Source of the DNA: Candidatus Bathyarchaeota archaeon
Lineage (GTDB): Archaea; Thermoproteota; Bathyarchaeia; TCS64
Assembly: GCA_043826455.1 (NCBI GenBank)
Contig: JBDRQD010000002.1
Coordinates: forward strand, 26,181 to 90,180
Length of the DNA: 64,000 nt
Reading direction: 5' to 3'
Position numbers and translations under genes: made by a program. Below are positions 18,641 to 28,089 of the stretch, in pieces; position 1 is the stretch's first letter; the number at the start of each line of letters is the position of its first letter. The notes under the pieces are model-generated. The model was not told where the DNA came from and searched no databases. It saw nothing but the letters and a program-made list of their open reading frames with translations.

Positions 18641-20296
18641 ATGTTTGACACCCATACAGTTGAGAGCATTGAAAGATTTGTATCAGCCGAAATCACCTGT
18701 AGAGGCCACCCCGGCTCAAGCCTATCAATTATTGTAGATGGAAAAGTAGCGTGGGCGAAGGGGTTTGGCTACGCCGAAGTTGAAAAAAAAGAACCAGCCA
18801 AACCCGAGACAGTGTATAGATGCGCGTCGGTCACCAAACCCGTCATCACTGTAGGTCTCCTCCAGCTCATGGAGAAGGATAAGTTTCATCTCGACGACGA
18901 AGCGAACAGCTACCTGGACGTAAAGATCCAGGACGTTAAAGGAGAAGAGCCGACTATACGGGACCTCCTCACCCATCGCAGCGGCATGCCCACACGGGTG
19001 CCACCAATATACATGTTTGACGAGGACCCCCTAACAATGCGAGGCTACATAGAGTCCGCCGCACGAGCTGTAAGGCCGAGGGGGGAAGCGTGGGCCTACT
19101 GTAACACTGCTTACATGATCGCCGGCTACATGATAGACCTCTTCTCCGGGAAGACCTACGACAAATACGTAACCGAAAACGTGCTCAGGCCGCTGGAAAT
19201 GAGAACAAGCGCCTTCACCCTGACCCCAGAGATCAGAGCAAAACTAACCCAAGGCTACAAACGGGCCGGAGGCCCCGATAAACCGCTGACACCTGTCACC
19301 CCCTACATACTAGGCACCATGCCTGAGGACCCAGCAGGGAGCCTCTACTCCACTGTACTCGATCTAGCAAACTTCGTCATAATGAACATGAATGGAGGCA
19401 CATACAAGGGCAGACGGATACTAAGAGAAGAGACCATTGAGGAGATGCACCGGCTACAGGCCCCCACGGGAAACTCTAGAAGCGGCATGGGCCTCACCTG
19501 GATCCACAGCATCCACGACGGCCACGTCATGCTTAACCACACAGGCGGGTTACCCGACTTCACCAACAACGTGTGCTTCTACCCGGAGGAGAAGGTGGGG
19601 GTGTGCTGGCTCAGCAACCTTCAGGACGGCTCGGGCTGGAGGCCGCCAGCCCCCACAGTACTCAGGATCGCCCACGGAGACAAGCCGGCTTTCGGTGCAG
19701 GTCTCCAGACAGTACCCGAGAACTGGGACAATATCTGCGGCCTTTACGGCGACGAGACGCATCAGTTGGCTTTGGCGGTTCGGAACGGGTACCTAACCCT
19801 TGACAACAATGTGGTGCTGGAGAGGGTGGATGATACCCGTTACCGGGCTCGGGGGCCTTCAAACGACGGTTATGAAGTAACCATGGAGTATGGGAAGGAT
19901 GGAAAGACCAAGAGCATAAGCTGGGGAACCACGTATCTCGCAAGATACCTCCCTGAGGCACCGGAGATCGATGCGGACCTCGAGCTGAAAGGCACCTGGA
20001 GAGGCGAGTACCATGACTCATCGGGGTTCCACACACTGGAACTTACAGTCCAGGATGAGGACCACGGCTCCATCCGGGATCCTCAAGGGGAGACCATGGT
20101 TCTTGAAAATTTCAAAACTGCCGCCGGCAAGGTAGCAGGAGGTTTCCGGTATCAATTGCCGAAGGAGTATGCGCGATGGGGAACCAGCGACTATGCAGAT
20201 GTAAGCCTAGAGTTACGGGCTGTTGGAGGGGAGCTCAGAGGGGTCCTACGGTCTCGCGGTGGAGCGACATTGGTAACGCTAAATAAAGTCTCATAA
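18641..20296 (+). CDS. Serine hydrolase, beta-lactamase/AmpC family with C-terminal extension
   Basis: SVTK, LLTHRSG, YCN, HTG motifs. Confidence 0.88.
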   Translation: MFDTHTVESIERFVSAEITCRGHPGSSLSIIVDGKVAWAKGFGYAEVEKKEPAKPETVYRCASVTKPVITVGLLQLMEKDKFHLDDEANSYLDVKIQDVKGEEPTIRDLLTHRSGMPTRVPPIYMFDEDPLTMRGYIESAARAVRPRGEAWAYCNTAYMIAGYMIDLFSGKTYDKYVTENVLRPLEMRTSAFTLTPEIRAKLTQGYKRAGGPDKPLTPVTPYILGTMPEDPAGSLYSTVLDLANFVIMNMNGGTYKGRRILREETIEEMHRLQAPTGNSRSGMGLTWIHSIHDGHVMLNHTGGLPDFTNNVCFYPEEKVGVCWLSNLQDGSGWRPPAPTVLRIAHGDKPAFGAGLQTVPENWDNICGLYGDETHQLALAVRNGYLTLDNNVVLERVDDTRYRARGPSNDGYEVTMEYGKDGKTKSISWGTTYLARYLPEAPEIDADLELKGTWRGEYHDSSGFHTLELTVQDEDHGSIRDPQGETMVLENFKTAAGKVAGGFRYQLPKEYARWGTSDYADVSLELRAVGGELRGVLRSRGGATLVTLNKVS

Positions 20297-20842
20297 AACG
20301 CTTCACTCGGTACAAAAGCAGATAATATCTGCTCTATTTTTAAAGCACACTTTCCCGGCTTCTACTGCCTACTCCATTTGTGCCCGTATCATAGTAACCT
20401 GTTTTCCGTAGCTATGCGATGATAAACATCCACACCACTCGTAGGCCGCCTTTCCTCATTAGTCATATTCACAGAAAACAAGCCAAACGAGATCTGTAGC
20501 CACTAAAACTGGAGGTACCCCATAGGAAGCCTTCAGGGAACTCTCTCGGCATACCCCTACGTAACTACTATTACAATAAACGGTTTCCATAACACTCACG
20601 CCTAAATCTACAAAAAATCAAACCCCATCAAACCGATCGATCTCACACTCTTCCACGCAGCCGTCAGGCACCCCCAAACAAACACCACCCCACGGCGGCC
20701 CCGCGACGGACACCGCCACCCACCGCCACCGCCAAAGAACCCCAAAAAAGCCTCCGAAACCGAAAAAACCCCTAAAACCCGGGAAACGCGATGGCGATGA
20801 TGGTACCCCCCCTCCCCCCCACGCACACACAACAAGAAAAGA

Positions 20843-20930
20843 TGGTGCGGAGGGTGGGATTCGAACCCACGAACTCCTAAGAGACAGGAGCCTCAGTCCT
20901 GCGCCTTTGACCAGGCTGGGCGACCTCCGC
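20843..20930 (-). tRNA. tRNA-Leu(GAG), CCA encoded
   Basis: GCGGAGG..CAGGA-CT-GAG-GC-TCCTG, long variable arm, GTGGGTTCGAATCCCAC, CCTCCGC-A-CCA. Confidence 0.96.
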
Positions 20931-20972
20931 CCGCACACCCATAAACCGGCGACACCGATTTATCTCTTTGGA

Positions 20973-21047
20973 TGGGGCCGCAGCGGGGAATCGAACCCCG
21001 TCCAAGGGATCCACAGTCCCGTATGCTGCCATTACACCACAGCGGCC
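20973..21047 (-). tRNA. tRNA-His(GTG) with encoded G-1 and CCA
   Basis: G-GCCGCTG..GGGA-CT-GTG-GA-TCCC..CGGGGTTCGATTCCCCG-CTGCGGC-C-CCA. Confidence 0.95.
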
Positions 21048-21092
21048 ACGCAAACAACAACAACCAGCCGACCAATTAAAAGGGTTTCGCGG

Positions 21093-21908
21093 CTAAATCC
21101 GCCCACTCACACACGCCACATACTTACCCGACTCCGTGACCCTGTAAAGGTTCTCCCTACCCCTACGCTCCTTCTCGATATATCCCGCCGTCTCCAGCTT
21201 ACCCGTCACCCCTTTGTTCAGCCGCATGAGCACCGTCATCTTCTCCTCCCTGCTCAGCTTCTCAGGGTCCTCCTCGGCGAAGCCCTCCACCCCCTCCCGG
21301 TAAAGGAGGCTCAGAATGTCCCCCGTCCTCATCTCGCCCCTGCTGAACAGCTCCACCAGCACCTTGACGCCTCGCTCATCCGGCAACTGAATCTTAAAGT
21401 TCTCGATGAAGTGGACCTGGGGAGTAGTCACAATGGCGTTGCCGTGGCTCATCTTCTCCTCCGGCGTCTGACTATACCTGTTACACCTCACATAATACAG
21501 CCTGGCGTCCTGCACCATGGCCGCCATGGCTGTGCCCACACTCACGAAGGGGCCCCCTGCCGACATGTTCACGAACACCGTGTTACCCCTCTCCTTCTCA
21601 GCCCTCACCACAGAGCTCACCCGCTTAATCACCTCCAACATGTCAAAGATGTTAGTCAGCACCGTCACCACCTCCAACCCCAGCCTACCCAGCCGCCTAC
21701 GAACCTCACCATGATAATAGACAAGGTCCCTGTTCACCCCCTCAAACCCCTCAGGCACCCAGGCCAACAGGTAAACCTTGTTAGCCTTGAACCCGTTCTC
21801 CACCTCAAAGACCCTCACAGCCCGGTCGATCTCATCCTCCAGGGGCACCACGTGGACGCTCTCCACGCCTCCGAACATGGCGTTCAGCCTCGGTAATGTA
21901 ATAGACAA
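21093..21908 (-). CDS. DUF6293/HFX_2341-like regulator (CARF-like Rossmann domain plus wHTH)
   Basis: VHVVPL..E.DR, VFVNMSAG, LYYV, C-terminal LE..GYIE..GRE..Y.VTESG. Confidence 0.8.
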   Translation of the reverse strand: MSITLPRLNAMFGGVESVHVVPLEDEIDRAVRVFEVENGFKANKVYLLAWVPEGFEGVNRDLVYYHGEVRRRLGRLGLEVVTVLTNIFDMLEVIKRVSSVVRAEKERGNTVFVNMSAGGPFVSVGTAMAAMVQDARLYYVRCNRYSQTPEEKMSHGNAIVTTPQVHFIENFKIQLPDERGVKVLVELFSRGEMRTGDILSLLYREGVEGFAEEDPEKLSREEKMTVLMRLNKGVTGKLETAGYIEKERRGRENLYRVTESGKYVACVSGRI

Positions 21909-21948
21909 CGTTAAACACGTTAAAGATGTTAAACCAAATAAGTTTAAC
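21908..21948. promoter_or_regulatory. 9-bp tandem repeat x3 plus inverted copy, putative operator
   Basis: ACGTTAAAC ACGTTAAAG ATGTTAAAC (21908-21934), then GTTTAAC (21942-21948), abutting the start of the DUF6293 gene. Confidence 0.55.
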
Positions 21949-22053
21949 TACCCGACCCGTCACAGAAAGTAGAACCAAGGCCCCGAATAAATCCAGCCAT
22001 TGGATTTCCTTCCGTAAACAAAACGGGGCCCGGTTCAAAAGGAGCTACACAGC

Positions 22054-23379
22054 ATGACGACGAGACTCAGGGGCATGACGGGCTTCACCGTCATATGGGC
22101 GGGCCAGTTCGTCAGCCTCCTAGGCACCAGCATGACCAACTTCGCGCTGACCATCTGGGCCTGGGAGCAGACCGGCCAGGCCACAGCCCTCGCCCTCATG
22201 CAGCTATTCTTCTTCGCACCCCAGATCCTCATGAGCCCCCTGGCCGGGGCCCTGGTGGACAGGTGGAGCCGCAAACGTGTGATGATTCTCAGCGACATCG
22301 GGGCCGGCCTCGGCACCGCAGCCATATTCCTCCTCATGAGCACAGACAGGCTGCAGCTCACCTACCTGTACGCCGTCTCGGCCTTCATGGGCGCCTTCCA
22401 GAGCTTCCAGTTCCCTGCCTACTCAGCTGCCGTCACCACCATGCTGGAGAAGGAGCAGTACGCCAGGGCCAGCGGAATGATCGCCCTGGCCCAGAGCGCC
22501 TCAGGCATCTTCGGGCCCGCCGCCGCAGGCGCCCTCATAGGCGTCATCGGGAAGACGGGGATCATCGCCTTCGACATCCTAAGCATCCTTGTGGCCATCT
22601 CGGCCCTCCTAGCGGTCCCCATCCCCCAACCGGCAGCCACGATGGCAGCCAAGAAGCCCAGCCTCCTCCAAGACAGCCTCTACGGCTTCAGGTACATAGC
22701 CGCCAGGCCCAGCCTCCTGGGGCTCCAGCTCATCTTCTTCATTATAAACTTCACAGGCAGCCTCTGCTTTCCCCTCATAGCACCCATGGTGCTCTCCAAG
22801 ACGGGTAACGACACAGTGGCCCTGGGGGCCGTTCAGTCCGCCTTTGGGGCCGGCGGCGTCGTCGGCGGCCTGCTCCTGAGCGCCTGGGGCGGCCCAAAGA
22901 AACGGGTGAACGGGGTGCTGCTGGGCATGTTCGGGAGCTACCTCCTAGGCTTCACGCTGATGGGCGTGGGCTCCGGGACCCTCATCTGGGCCACGGCGGC
23001 CTTCATCATCCTCTTCTTCAACCCTCTCATCAACGGCAGCAGCCAGGCCATCTGGCAGAGCAAGGTTCCCCCCGAGGTGCAGGGCAGGGTCTTCTCGGCC
23101 AGGGCCCTAATAGCCCAGATATCGGCCCCCATAGCCATGCTCATCACCGGGCCCCTCACCGATGGCGTCCTGACGCCAGCCATGATGCCCGGAGGCTCAC
23201 TGGCCCCGGCATTCGGGTGGCTCGTTGACACGGGCCCCGGCGCGGGCCCTGCCCTCCTCTTCCTAGTGATGGGCGTCCTGGGGAGCATCCTGTCACTCAC
23301 AGGATACATTTTCCCCCACATCAGGAACGTGGAGGATATCATACCCGACCACGACGCAGCCGCTGGACTAACTAATTAA
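22054..23379 (+). CDS. MFS transporter (DHA3/MefA-like)
   Basis: WAGQFVSLLG, GALVDRWSRK, QGRVFS; about 12 TM. Confidence 0.92.
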   Translation: MTTRLRGMTGFTVIWAGQFVSLLGTSMTNFALTIWAWEQTGQATALALMQLFFFAPQILMSPLAGALVDRWSRKRVMILSDIGAGLGTAAIFLLMSTDRLQLTYLYAVSAFMGAFQSFQFPAYSAAVTTMLEKEQYARASGMIALAQSASGIFGPAAAGALIGVIGKTGIIAFDILSILVAISALLAVPIPQPAATMAAKKPSLLQDSLYGFRYIAARPSLLGLQLIFFIINFTGSLCFPLIAPMVLSKTGNDTVALGAVQSAFGAGGVVGGLLLSAWGGPKKRVNGVLLGMFGSYLLGFTLMGVGSGTLIWATAAFIILFFNPLINGSSQAIWQSKVPPEVQGRVFSARALIAQISAPIAMLITGPLTDGVLTPAMMPGGSLAPAFGWLVDTGPGAGPALLFLVMGVLGSILSLTGYIFPHIRNVEDIIPDHDAAAGLTN

Positions 23380-23479
23380 TTCTATTGTAATCGAATTGTA
23401 TTCGTCTACCATAAAATATAAATACGGAATCAAACCCTATTTCGACCTGAATCAAATAGTATTCGCTTGACATCGAATA
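23379..23479. promoter_or_regulatory. Four TTCG-N8-CGAA-type operator sites flanking a TATA box
   Basis: Sites begin at 23380, 23401, 23441, 23462; TATAAATA at 23417-23424; last site is perfect TATTCG-N8-CGAATA. Confidence 0.65.
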
Positions 23480-23480
23480 G

Positions 23481-24200
23481 GTGATGGATGTGTCAGATAG
23501 GAACGAGAAGATGAAGGAGCTTCAGGACGAGATGAGGCTGCTAAAGGATCAGCTCTTGAGGATCAGTGAACGCCTTGAGGAGACCGCAGAGGAGGAGCCC
23601 ACCCAGTCGGAGGCCCCCAGCGTCGAGGCGGAGCCCGAGGAGGCCCCCCAGAGCGCAGAAACCCACGACGACGATGAAGAGGTCGACGCCGAAGAGGACG
23701 TAGGGGGATACTACTATGGGCCCAGGTACCGTAGGTACAGGAGACCCCCCAGGCCGCCGGCGCCCCAGTGGGGTGACCGCCTTGGGGACTACATCAGCGA
23801 GTTCGTGGACGACGTCATGGAGGGAGTCACGTCGGAACTGGAGAGGAGCCTCTTCACAGAGCAGGGCGACCGTGGAGAGCGGCCCACAGTCCTGACTGAC
23901 AGCGAGGTTACCAGGACGGCGGCGGTGATGAACGCCATGGCTAACGAGCACAGGATCAAGATATTGAAGGAGCTCACTTGGGGGGGCATGTACGCCGGGG
24001 ACTTCCAGGAACGCCTAAAGGAGATCAGCCCCAGCACCCTCAGCAGCCACCTGGACACCCTGCAGGACGCTGGCCTCGTAATCCAGGAGCGCCGCAGAGG
24101 CAGGTACCTCATAACCATGAACGGCAGGATAGCCATAAAGATGGCCGCCACCATAGCCAAGAGAGCCGATATGCGAGTCGAGCCGGAAGACCTGGACTAG
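23481..24200 (+). CDS. ArsR-type wHTH regulator with long acidic N-terminal region
   Basis: RIKILKEL..ISPSTLSSHLDTL..GLV..GRYLIT..G. Confidence 0.85.
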   Translation: MMDVSDRNEKMKELQDEMRLLKDQLLRISERLEETAEEEPTQSEAPSVEAEPEEAPQSAETHDDDEEVDAEEDVGGYYYGPRYRRYRRPPRPPAPQWGDRLGDYISEFVDDVMEGVTSELERSLFTEQGDRGERPTVLTDSEVTRTAAVMNAMANEHRIKILKELTWGGMYAGDFQERLKEISPSTLSSHLDTLQDAGLVIQERRRGRYLITMNGRIAIKMAATIAKRADMRVEPEDLD

Positions 24201-24281
24201 CACACAGAGTAGCGCACGGAACACCCGCCCACAGATTTGGGTGCAAACTTTTTTCCACCAACACAGGCATCATGTCACAGC

Positions 24282-25103
24282 ATGCCCACCACGCAGGTAA
24301 ACGACATCGAGGTCTACTACGAGACAAGGGGACACGGGAGCCCCCTGATGCTCATAAACGGCTGGGGCGGCAACCTGAACAGCTGGAGCACCAGGATGGT
24401 TGGCTTCCTCTCAGAGCGGCACTGCGTCATCATGATGGATAACAGGGGTACAGGCAGAAGCGGCAAACCCGATGCCCCCTACACCATGGACTTGATGGCC
24501 GCCGACACCGCCGGCCTCCTGGACGCATTAGGCGTGAAGCAGGCCCACGTCATGGGGTTCAGCATGGGCGGCATAGTGGCTCAGGCCCTCGCCCTGAACC
24601 ACCCGGGTAAGGTGAGGAGCCTGGTCCTGTGCGGCACCAACCCCGGAGGCATTCATCGCGTGTCATCCTCCATCCATGTCCAGACGGAGCTGGCCCTCAT
24701 CGCCAGCCCGCTGCCCGAGATGACTGAGCGGGACAGGACAGTGAAGCTGCTATACCTCCTCTACCCACGGGGCTACGTCGAGGAGAATCTGGAGAAGCTG
24801 ATACTGGACGAGACCTACAGCGACCACCCCACACCCGACTACGCACTAATGAGGCAGAGCCAGGCAATTGCCGGCTTCGACAGCTACGACCAGCTGCCCT
24901 CCATTAAAGCGCCGGCGCTTGTGGTCACAGGCGTAGACGATGTGCTTGTTCCGCCTAGGAACAGCGAGATACTGGCTGAGAGGATACCCGACGTCCGGCT
25001 CGTGAAGGTCCCGGGGGCGGGCCACGGCGTGCTGAAGCAGAAGACAGAGGAAGTTGTACCAGTCATACTGAGGTTCCTAGGGGAAGTCGATGAGAGGCTC
25101 TAG
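24282..25103 (+). CDS. Alpha/beta hydrolase
   Basis: DNRGTGRS, GFSMGG nucleophile elbow, D..VP, GH; start trimmed to ATG 24282. Confidence 0.92.
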   Translation: MPTTQVNDIEVYYETRGHGSPLMLINGWGGNLNSWSTRMVGFLSERHCVIMMDNRGTGRSGKPDAPYTMDLMAADTAGLLDALGVKQAHVMGFSMGGIVAQALALNHPGKVRSLVLCGTNPGGIHRVSSSIHVQTELALIASPLPEMTERDRTVKLLYLLYPRGYVEENLEKLILDETYSDHPTPDYALMRQSQAIAGFDSYDQLPSIKAPALVVTGVDDVLVPPRNSEILAERIPDVRLVKVPGAGHGVLKQKTEEVVPVILRFLGEVDERL

Positions 25104-25603
25104 CCCTCAGCCAGCTTCCTGAAGACCTCAGGGGTCATCCTGAAGGTGGTCCACTCGTCCATGGAGACCGCCCCCAAGCGGTAGTAGAACTGGCGGCTGG
25201 GCTCGTTCCAGTCCAGCACCGTCCACTCGACGCGGCCGCAGTCCCTCTCCACGGCTACCTGGCACAGCCGCTTCAGCAGCTCCGTCCCTATGCCGTTGCC
25301 CCTGAACTCCTCCGGGACGTAGATGTCCTCCAGCCACAGGGTGGGCCTGGACTCGAAGGTGCTGAAGGTGTAGTAGTAGAGGGCCACCCCCAGGTAGGGT
25401 GGGCCCACGTTGCCTGTGTTCTCCACCAGGAGGCAGTCGAATATCTTGTCCTCGCTAAACCCGTACCGCCTATACAGCTCGGGGGTCCCCTTGAACTCCA
25501 GCTTCTCGTATACGCTGAGCTGGTAGCAGAGGTCCATGATGACGGGGATGTCCCGCTCCTCCGCCACCCGTATCTTCCATCTTAAGCCAGGGATCTTAGG
25601 CAA
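25100..25603 (-). CDS. GNAT N-acetyltransferase (SSAT-like)
   Basis: LWLEDIYV..RG.GIG, WTVLDWNEP..FY. Confidence 0.92.
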   Translation of the reverse strand: MPKIPGLRWKIRVAEERDIPVIMDLCYQLSVYEKLEFKGTPELYRRYGFSEDKIFDCLLVENTGNVGPPYLGVALYYYTFSTFESRPTLWLEDIYVPEEFRGNGIGTELLKRLCQVAVERDCGRVEWTVLDWNEPSRQFYYRLGAVSMDEWTTFRMTPEVFRKLAEG

Positions 25604-25643
25604 ACCTTTTCACGGTATATCCGTGGGCCTGACCCTATTAACT

Positions 25644-26303
25644 TTAAGACCCGTTGAGGAACCGGGCCAGCTCGATGAGGCTCATGTGCCTGGAGTTACT
25701 GTCGTAGCCGCCCCGCCTCAGGAAGAACTGGACGCTGACGCCCACCATGAGAGCGGTGATCACCGTCCCCACGCCGACAGGGCCACCCAGCAGGTAGCCT
25801 AGAACCAGCACCGTCACCTCGATGGCGCCCCGCACCTGGGACACAGGCCGGTCCAGCTTGTGGACGAAGCCCAACATGAGGCCGTCCCTGGGACCCGCCC
25901 CTAGCTTTGGGCTCATGTACAGGTAGCTGCCTATGCCTATGGCCGCGATGCTGCCGAGAAGCAGGAGGTACTCACCTGGAAGGCTGTCGTATCTTGGCAC
26001 CAGGCCCCACTCCATGATGAGGTCGATGAAGAACCCTATGAAGTACATGTTCATCAGGGTGGCGAAGCCCGGGGCGAACCCCAGAACCCAGCCGATGACT
26101 AGAACCACCAAGCCCACCAGTTGGGAGACCTGACCTAGCGTGAGGGGCACGTGGTTAGCGATGCCCACCTGCAGCACGCCCCAAGGGCTCATGCCTAGGT
26201 GGGAGTACAGGTTCATCACCACCCCCACGGCGAAGAGGAAGAGGCCGATGAATAGGCTCGGAAGCTTAGCGAGGAAGCTTATCCAGTTATCCGTCCGCGA
26301 CAC
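25644..26303 (-). CDS. YczE/YyaS family membrane protein
   Basis: LGMSPW, LGAGPRDGL, GGPVGVGT motifs. Confidence 0.88.
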   Translation of the reverse strand: MSRTDNWISFLAKLPSLFIGLFLFAVGVVMNLYSHLGMSPWGVLQVGIANHVPLTLGQVSQLVGLVVLVIGWVLGFAPGFATLMNMYFIGFFIDLIMEWGLVPRYDSLPGEYLLLLGSIAAIGIGSYLYMSPKLGAGPRDGLMLGFVHKLDRPVSQVRGAIEVTVLVLGYLLGGPVGVGTVITALMVGVSVQFFLRRGGYDSNSRHMSLIELARFLNGS

Positions 26304-26315
26304 TGTCCGCTGCCC

Positions 26316-27353
26316 CTATCCTGGTATGAACTCCACCTTGCCCCCGGACCTGTCCAGGGCCACCCGGAAGGCCTCCTCCGCCTGTTCCAGGCTGAACCTG
26401 TGGGTGAGCACTTTCATGACGTCAACCCGGCCCCTTGATATGAGGTCGATGCTCTGGGGGAAGTTGGAGGGCTTGGCGTCGTAGGCGCCCGCGATGGTGA
26501 GCTCGCGGCGCACCACCCAGGTCATGTCTAGAGCCACGTCTTTCCCGAAGATGCCTACGACGGTGATGTGTCCCCTCTTCCTCACTATCTCCGTCGCCTG
26601 TCTCACCGCCTGAGGAGCGCCGACAGCCACGTAGGCCACATCGGCCCCCTCCCCACCTGAGAGCTCCATAACGCGGTCCAGAAGGCTCTCCTCCTCGATG
26701 TTCAAAGTCTCGAGGCCCAGCCTCTCGGCGATGCCAAAGCGGACAGAGTCCAAGCCCAGGCCCGTCACCAGGACCCTGGCGCCGCCCAGCCTGAAGAGCT
26801 GGGCGCTGAACAACCCTATGGGTCCGCAGCCCTGGACCACCACCAGGTCGCCGAACCTGAAGGGGGTGATGTCTCTGACGAAGTGGAGGGCGTTGCTGAG
26901 GGGCTCCACAAGGGCGGCCTCCTCGTAGCTCATAGTGTCGGGCACCCTGTGGAGAAGCGTGTGGGGTACCGCTATGTACTCTGCGAAGCCCCCGTCCGTG
27001 TGTATCCCGAAGAGGGTCGAGCCGTCGCACAGGTTGCTCATACCCGACTTGCAGAAGCCGCAGCCACCGCAGGCCTTCACGGACTCGGCGAGAACCCGGT
27101 CCCCCGGCTTGAAGCCCACCGTCTCAGGGCCCGCCTCGACTACTTCCCCTGAGAACTCGTGGCCCATTACCACGGGTAGCCTCATCTTACTGTAAGCGGG
27201 CGTGTAGTTGTAGATGCCCAGGTCGCTGCCGCAGATGGCCGCTGCCCTCACCTTGATTAGCACCTCGTCGCCCCTTATCGTGGGGGCAGGAATCTCCTTG
27301 ACCTCCACGCCGGGCCCGGGCCGCGTCTTCATCACTGCCTTCAAATGGTGCAC
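26316..27353 (-). CDS. Zn-dependent alcohol/polyol dehydrogenase
   Basis: ICGSD, GHEFSG, CGGCGFC..C, GCGPIG. Confidence 0.93.
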   Translation of the reverse strand: MHHLKAVMKTRPGPGVEVKEIPAPTIRGDEVLIKVRAAAICGSDLGIYNYTPAYSKMRLPVVMGHEFSGEVVEAGPETVGFKPGDRVLAESVKACGGCGFCKSGMSNLCDGSTLFGIHTDGGFAEYIAVPHTLLHRVPDTMSYEEAALVEPLSNALHFVRDITPFRFGDLVVVQGCGPIGLFSAQLFRLGGARVLVTGLGLDSVRFGIAERLGLETLNIEEESLLDRVMELSGGEGADVAYVAVGAPQAVRQATEIVRKRGHITVVGIFGKDVALDMTWVVRRELTIAGAYDAKPSNFPQSIDLISRGRVDVMKVLTHRFSLEQAEEAFRVALDRSGGKVEFIPG

Positions 27354-27450
27354 CGCAACCCATGTGCGCCAGGGAGTCTTAATGTTTTCCAGTGACTCAG
27401 AAGAGTGGCTCGTGAATCAGCTCTTAAACTGAGCCGCCCCTGATTAGAGG

Positions 27451-28062
27451 ATGGAGCTCACTTTCACCATCTGCTTGGCAGGGTTCATCCTCGTCCTGGT
27501 TCCCTACTTCCTCTCCCTGGAGCACTGGAGGCTGAGCCAATTATTCGGCGAGGAGAGGGGCGTCCTTGTGGGGGACACCCTCGGCGTGGTCTCGGGGTGG
27601 GGCTTCTTCGGGTTCTGGATCGGCTTGTGGGTCGCCCCTCAGGGGAGTCTACCTCTGGTGGGCTACACAGTGAGCGTCCTGGGCGCCGAATTGAGTGTAG
27701 CATACCTGCTGCTGACGCTGGTCTTCCTGGTTCTCGCCTTCTGGCTGGGACTGGGTGGCGTCCGCGAGCTGGGGCTCAAGGTCTCCGAGACCCACCGCCC
27801 CGTGAAGGTGATCTCCAGCGGAGTCTACGGCCTCGTAAGGCACCCACAGTACCTTGGAGGGGTCCTAGGCCACATGGGCGTGTCCCTGCTCCTCAGCTCA
27901 CGGGACTCGCTGCTTTTCACTCCTCTTGTGATCGGCGTGGTCTACTTGATCTGCTGGAAGGAGGAGGTGGAGCTGGTTAGGGTGTTCGGGGACGAGTACA
28001 GGGAGTACCAGAGGAGAACGCCCATGCTGATCCCTGGGCTCCGAAGACCGGACAGCCAATGA
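27451..28062 (+). CDS. Isoprenylcysteine carboxylmethyltransferase family membrane protein
   Basis: GVYGLVRHPQY, EE..L...FGDEY.EY..RTP. Confidence 0.88.
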   Translation: MELTFTICLAGFILVLVPYFLSLEHWRLSQLFGEERGVLVGDTLGVVSGWGFFGFWIGLWVAPQGSLPLVGYTVSVLGAELSVAYLLLTLVFLVLAFWLGLGGVRELGLKVSETHRPVKVISSGVYGLVRHPQYLGGVLGHMGVSLLLSSRDSLLFTPLVIGVVYLICWKEEVELVRVFGDEYREYQRRTPMLIPGLRRPDSQ

Positions 28063-28089
28063 TAAAAACCCTGAAGCCGATAATGACAC

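Noticed and set aside
20608..21075. Short minus-strand ORFs around the tRNAs
   Set aside because: Translations of tRNA and low-complexity sequence.
20907..21896. 329-aa plus-strand ORF
   Set aside because: Overlaps both tRNAs and the DUF6293 gene on the opposite strand.
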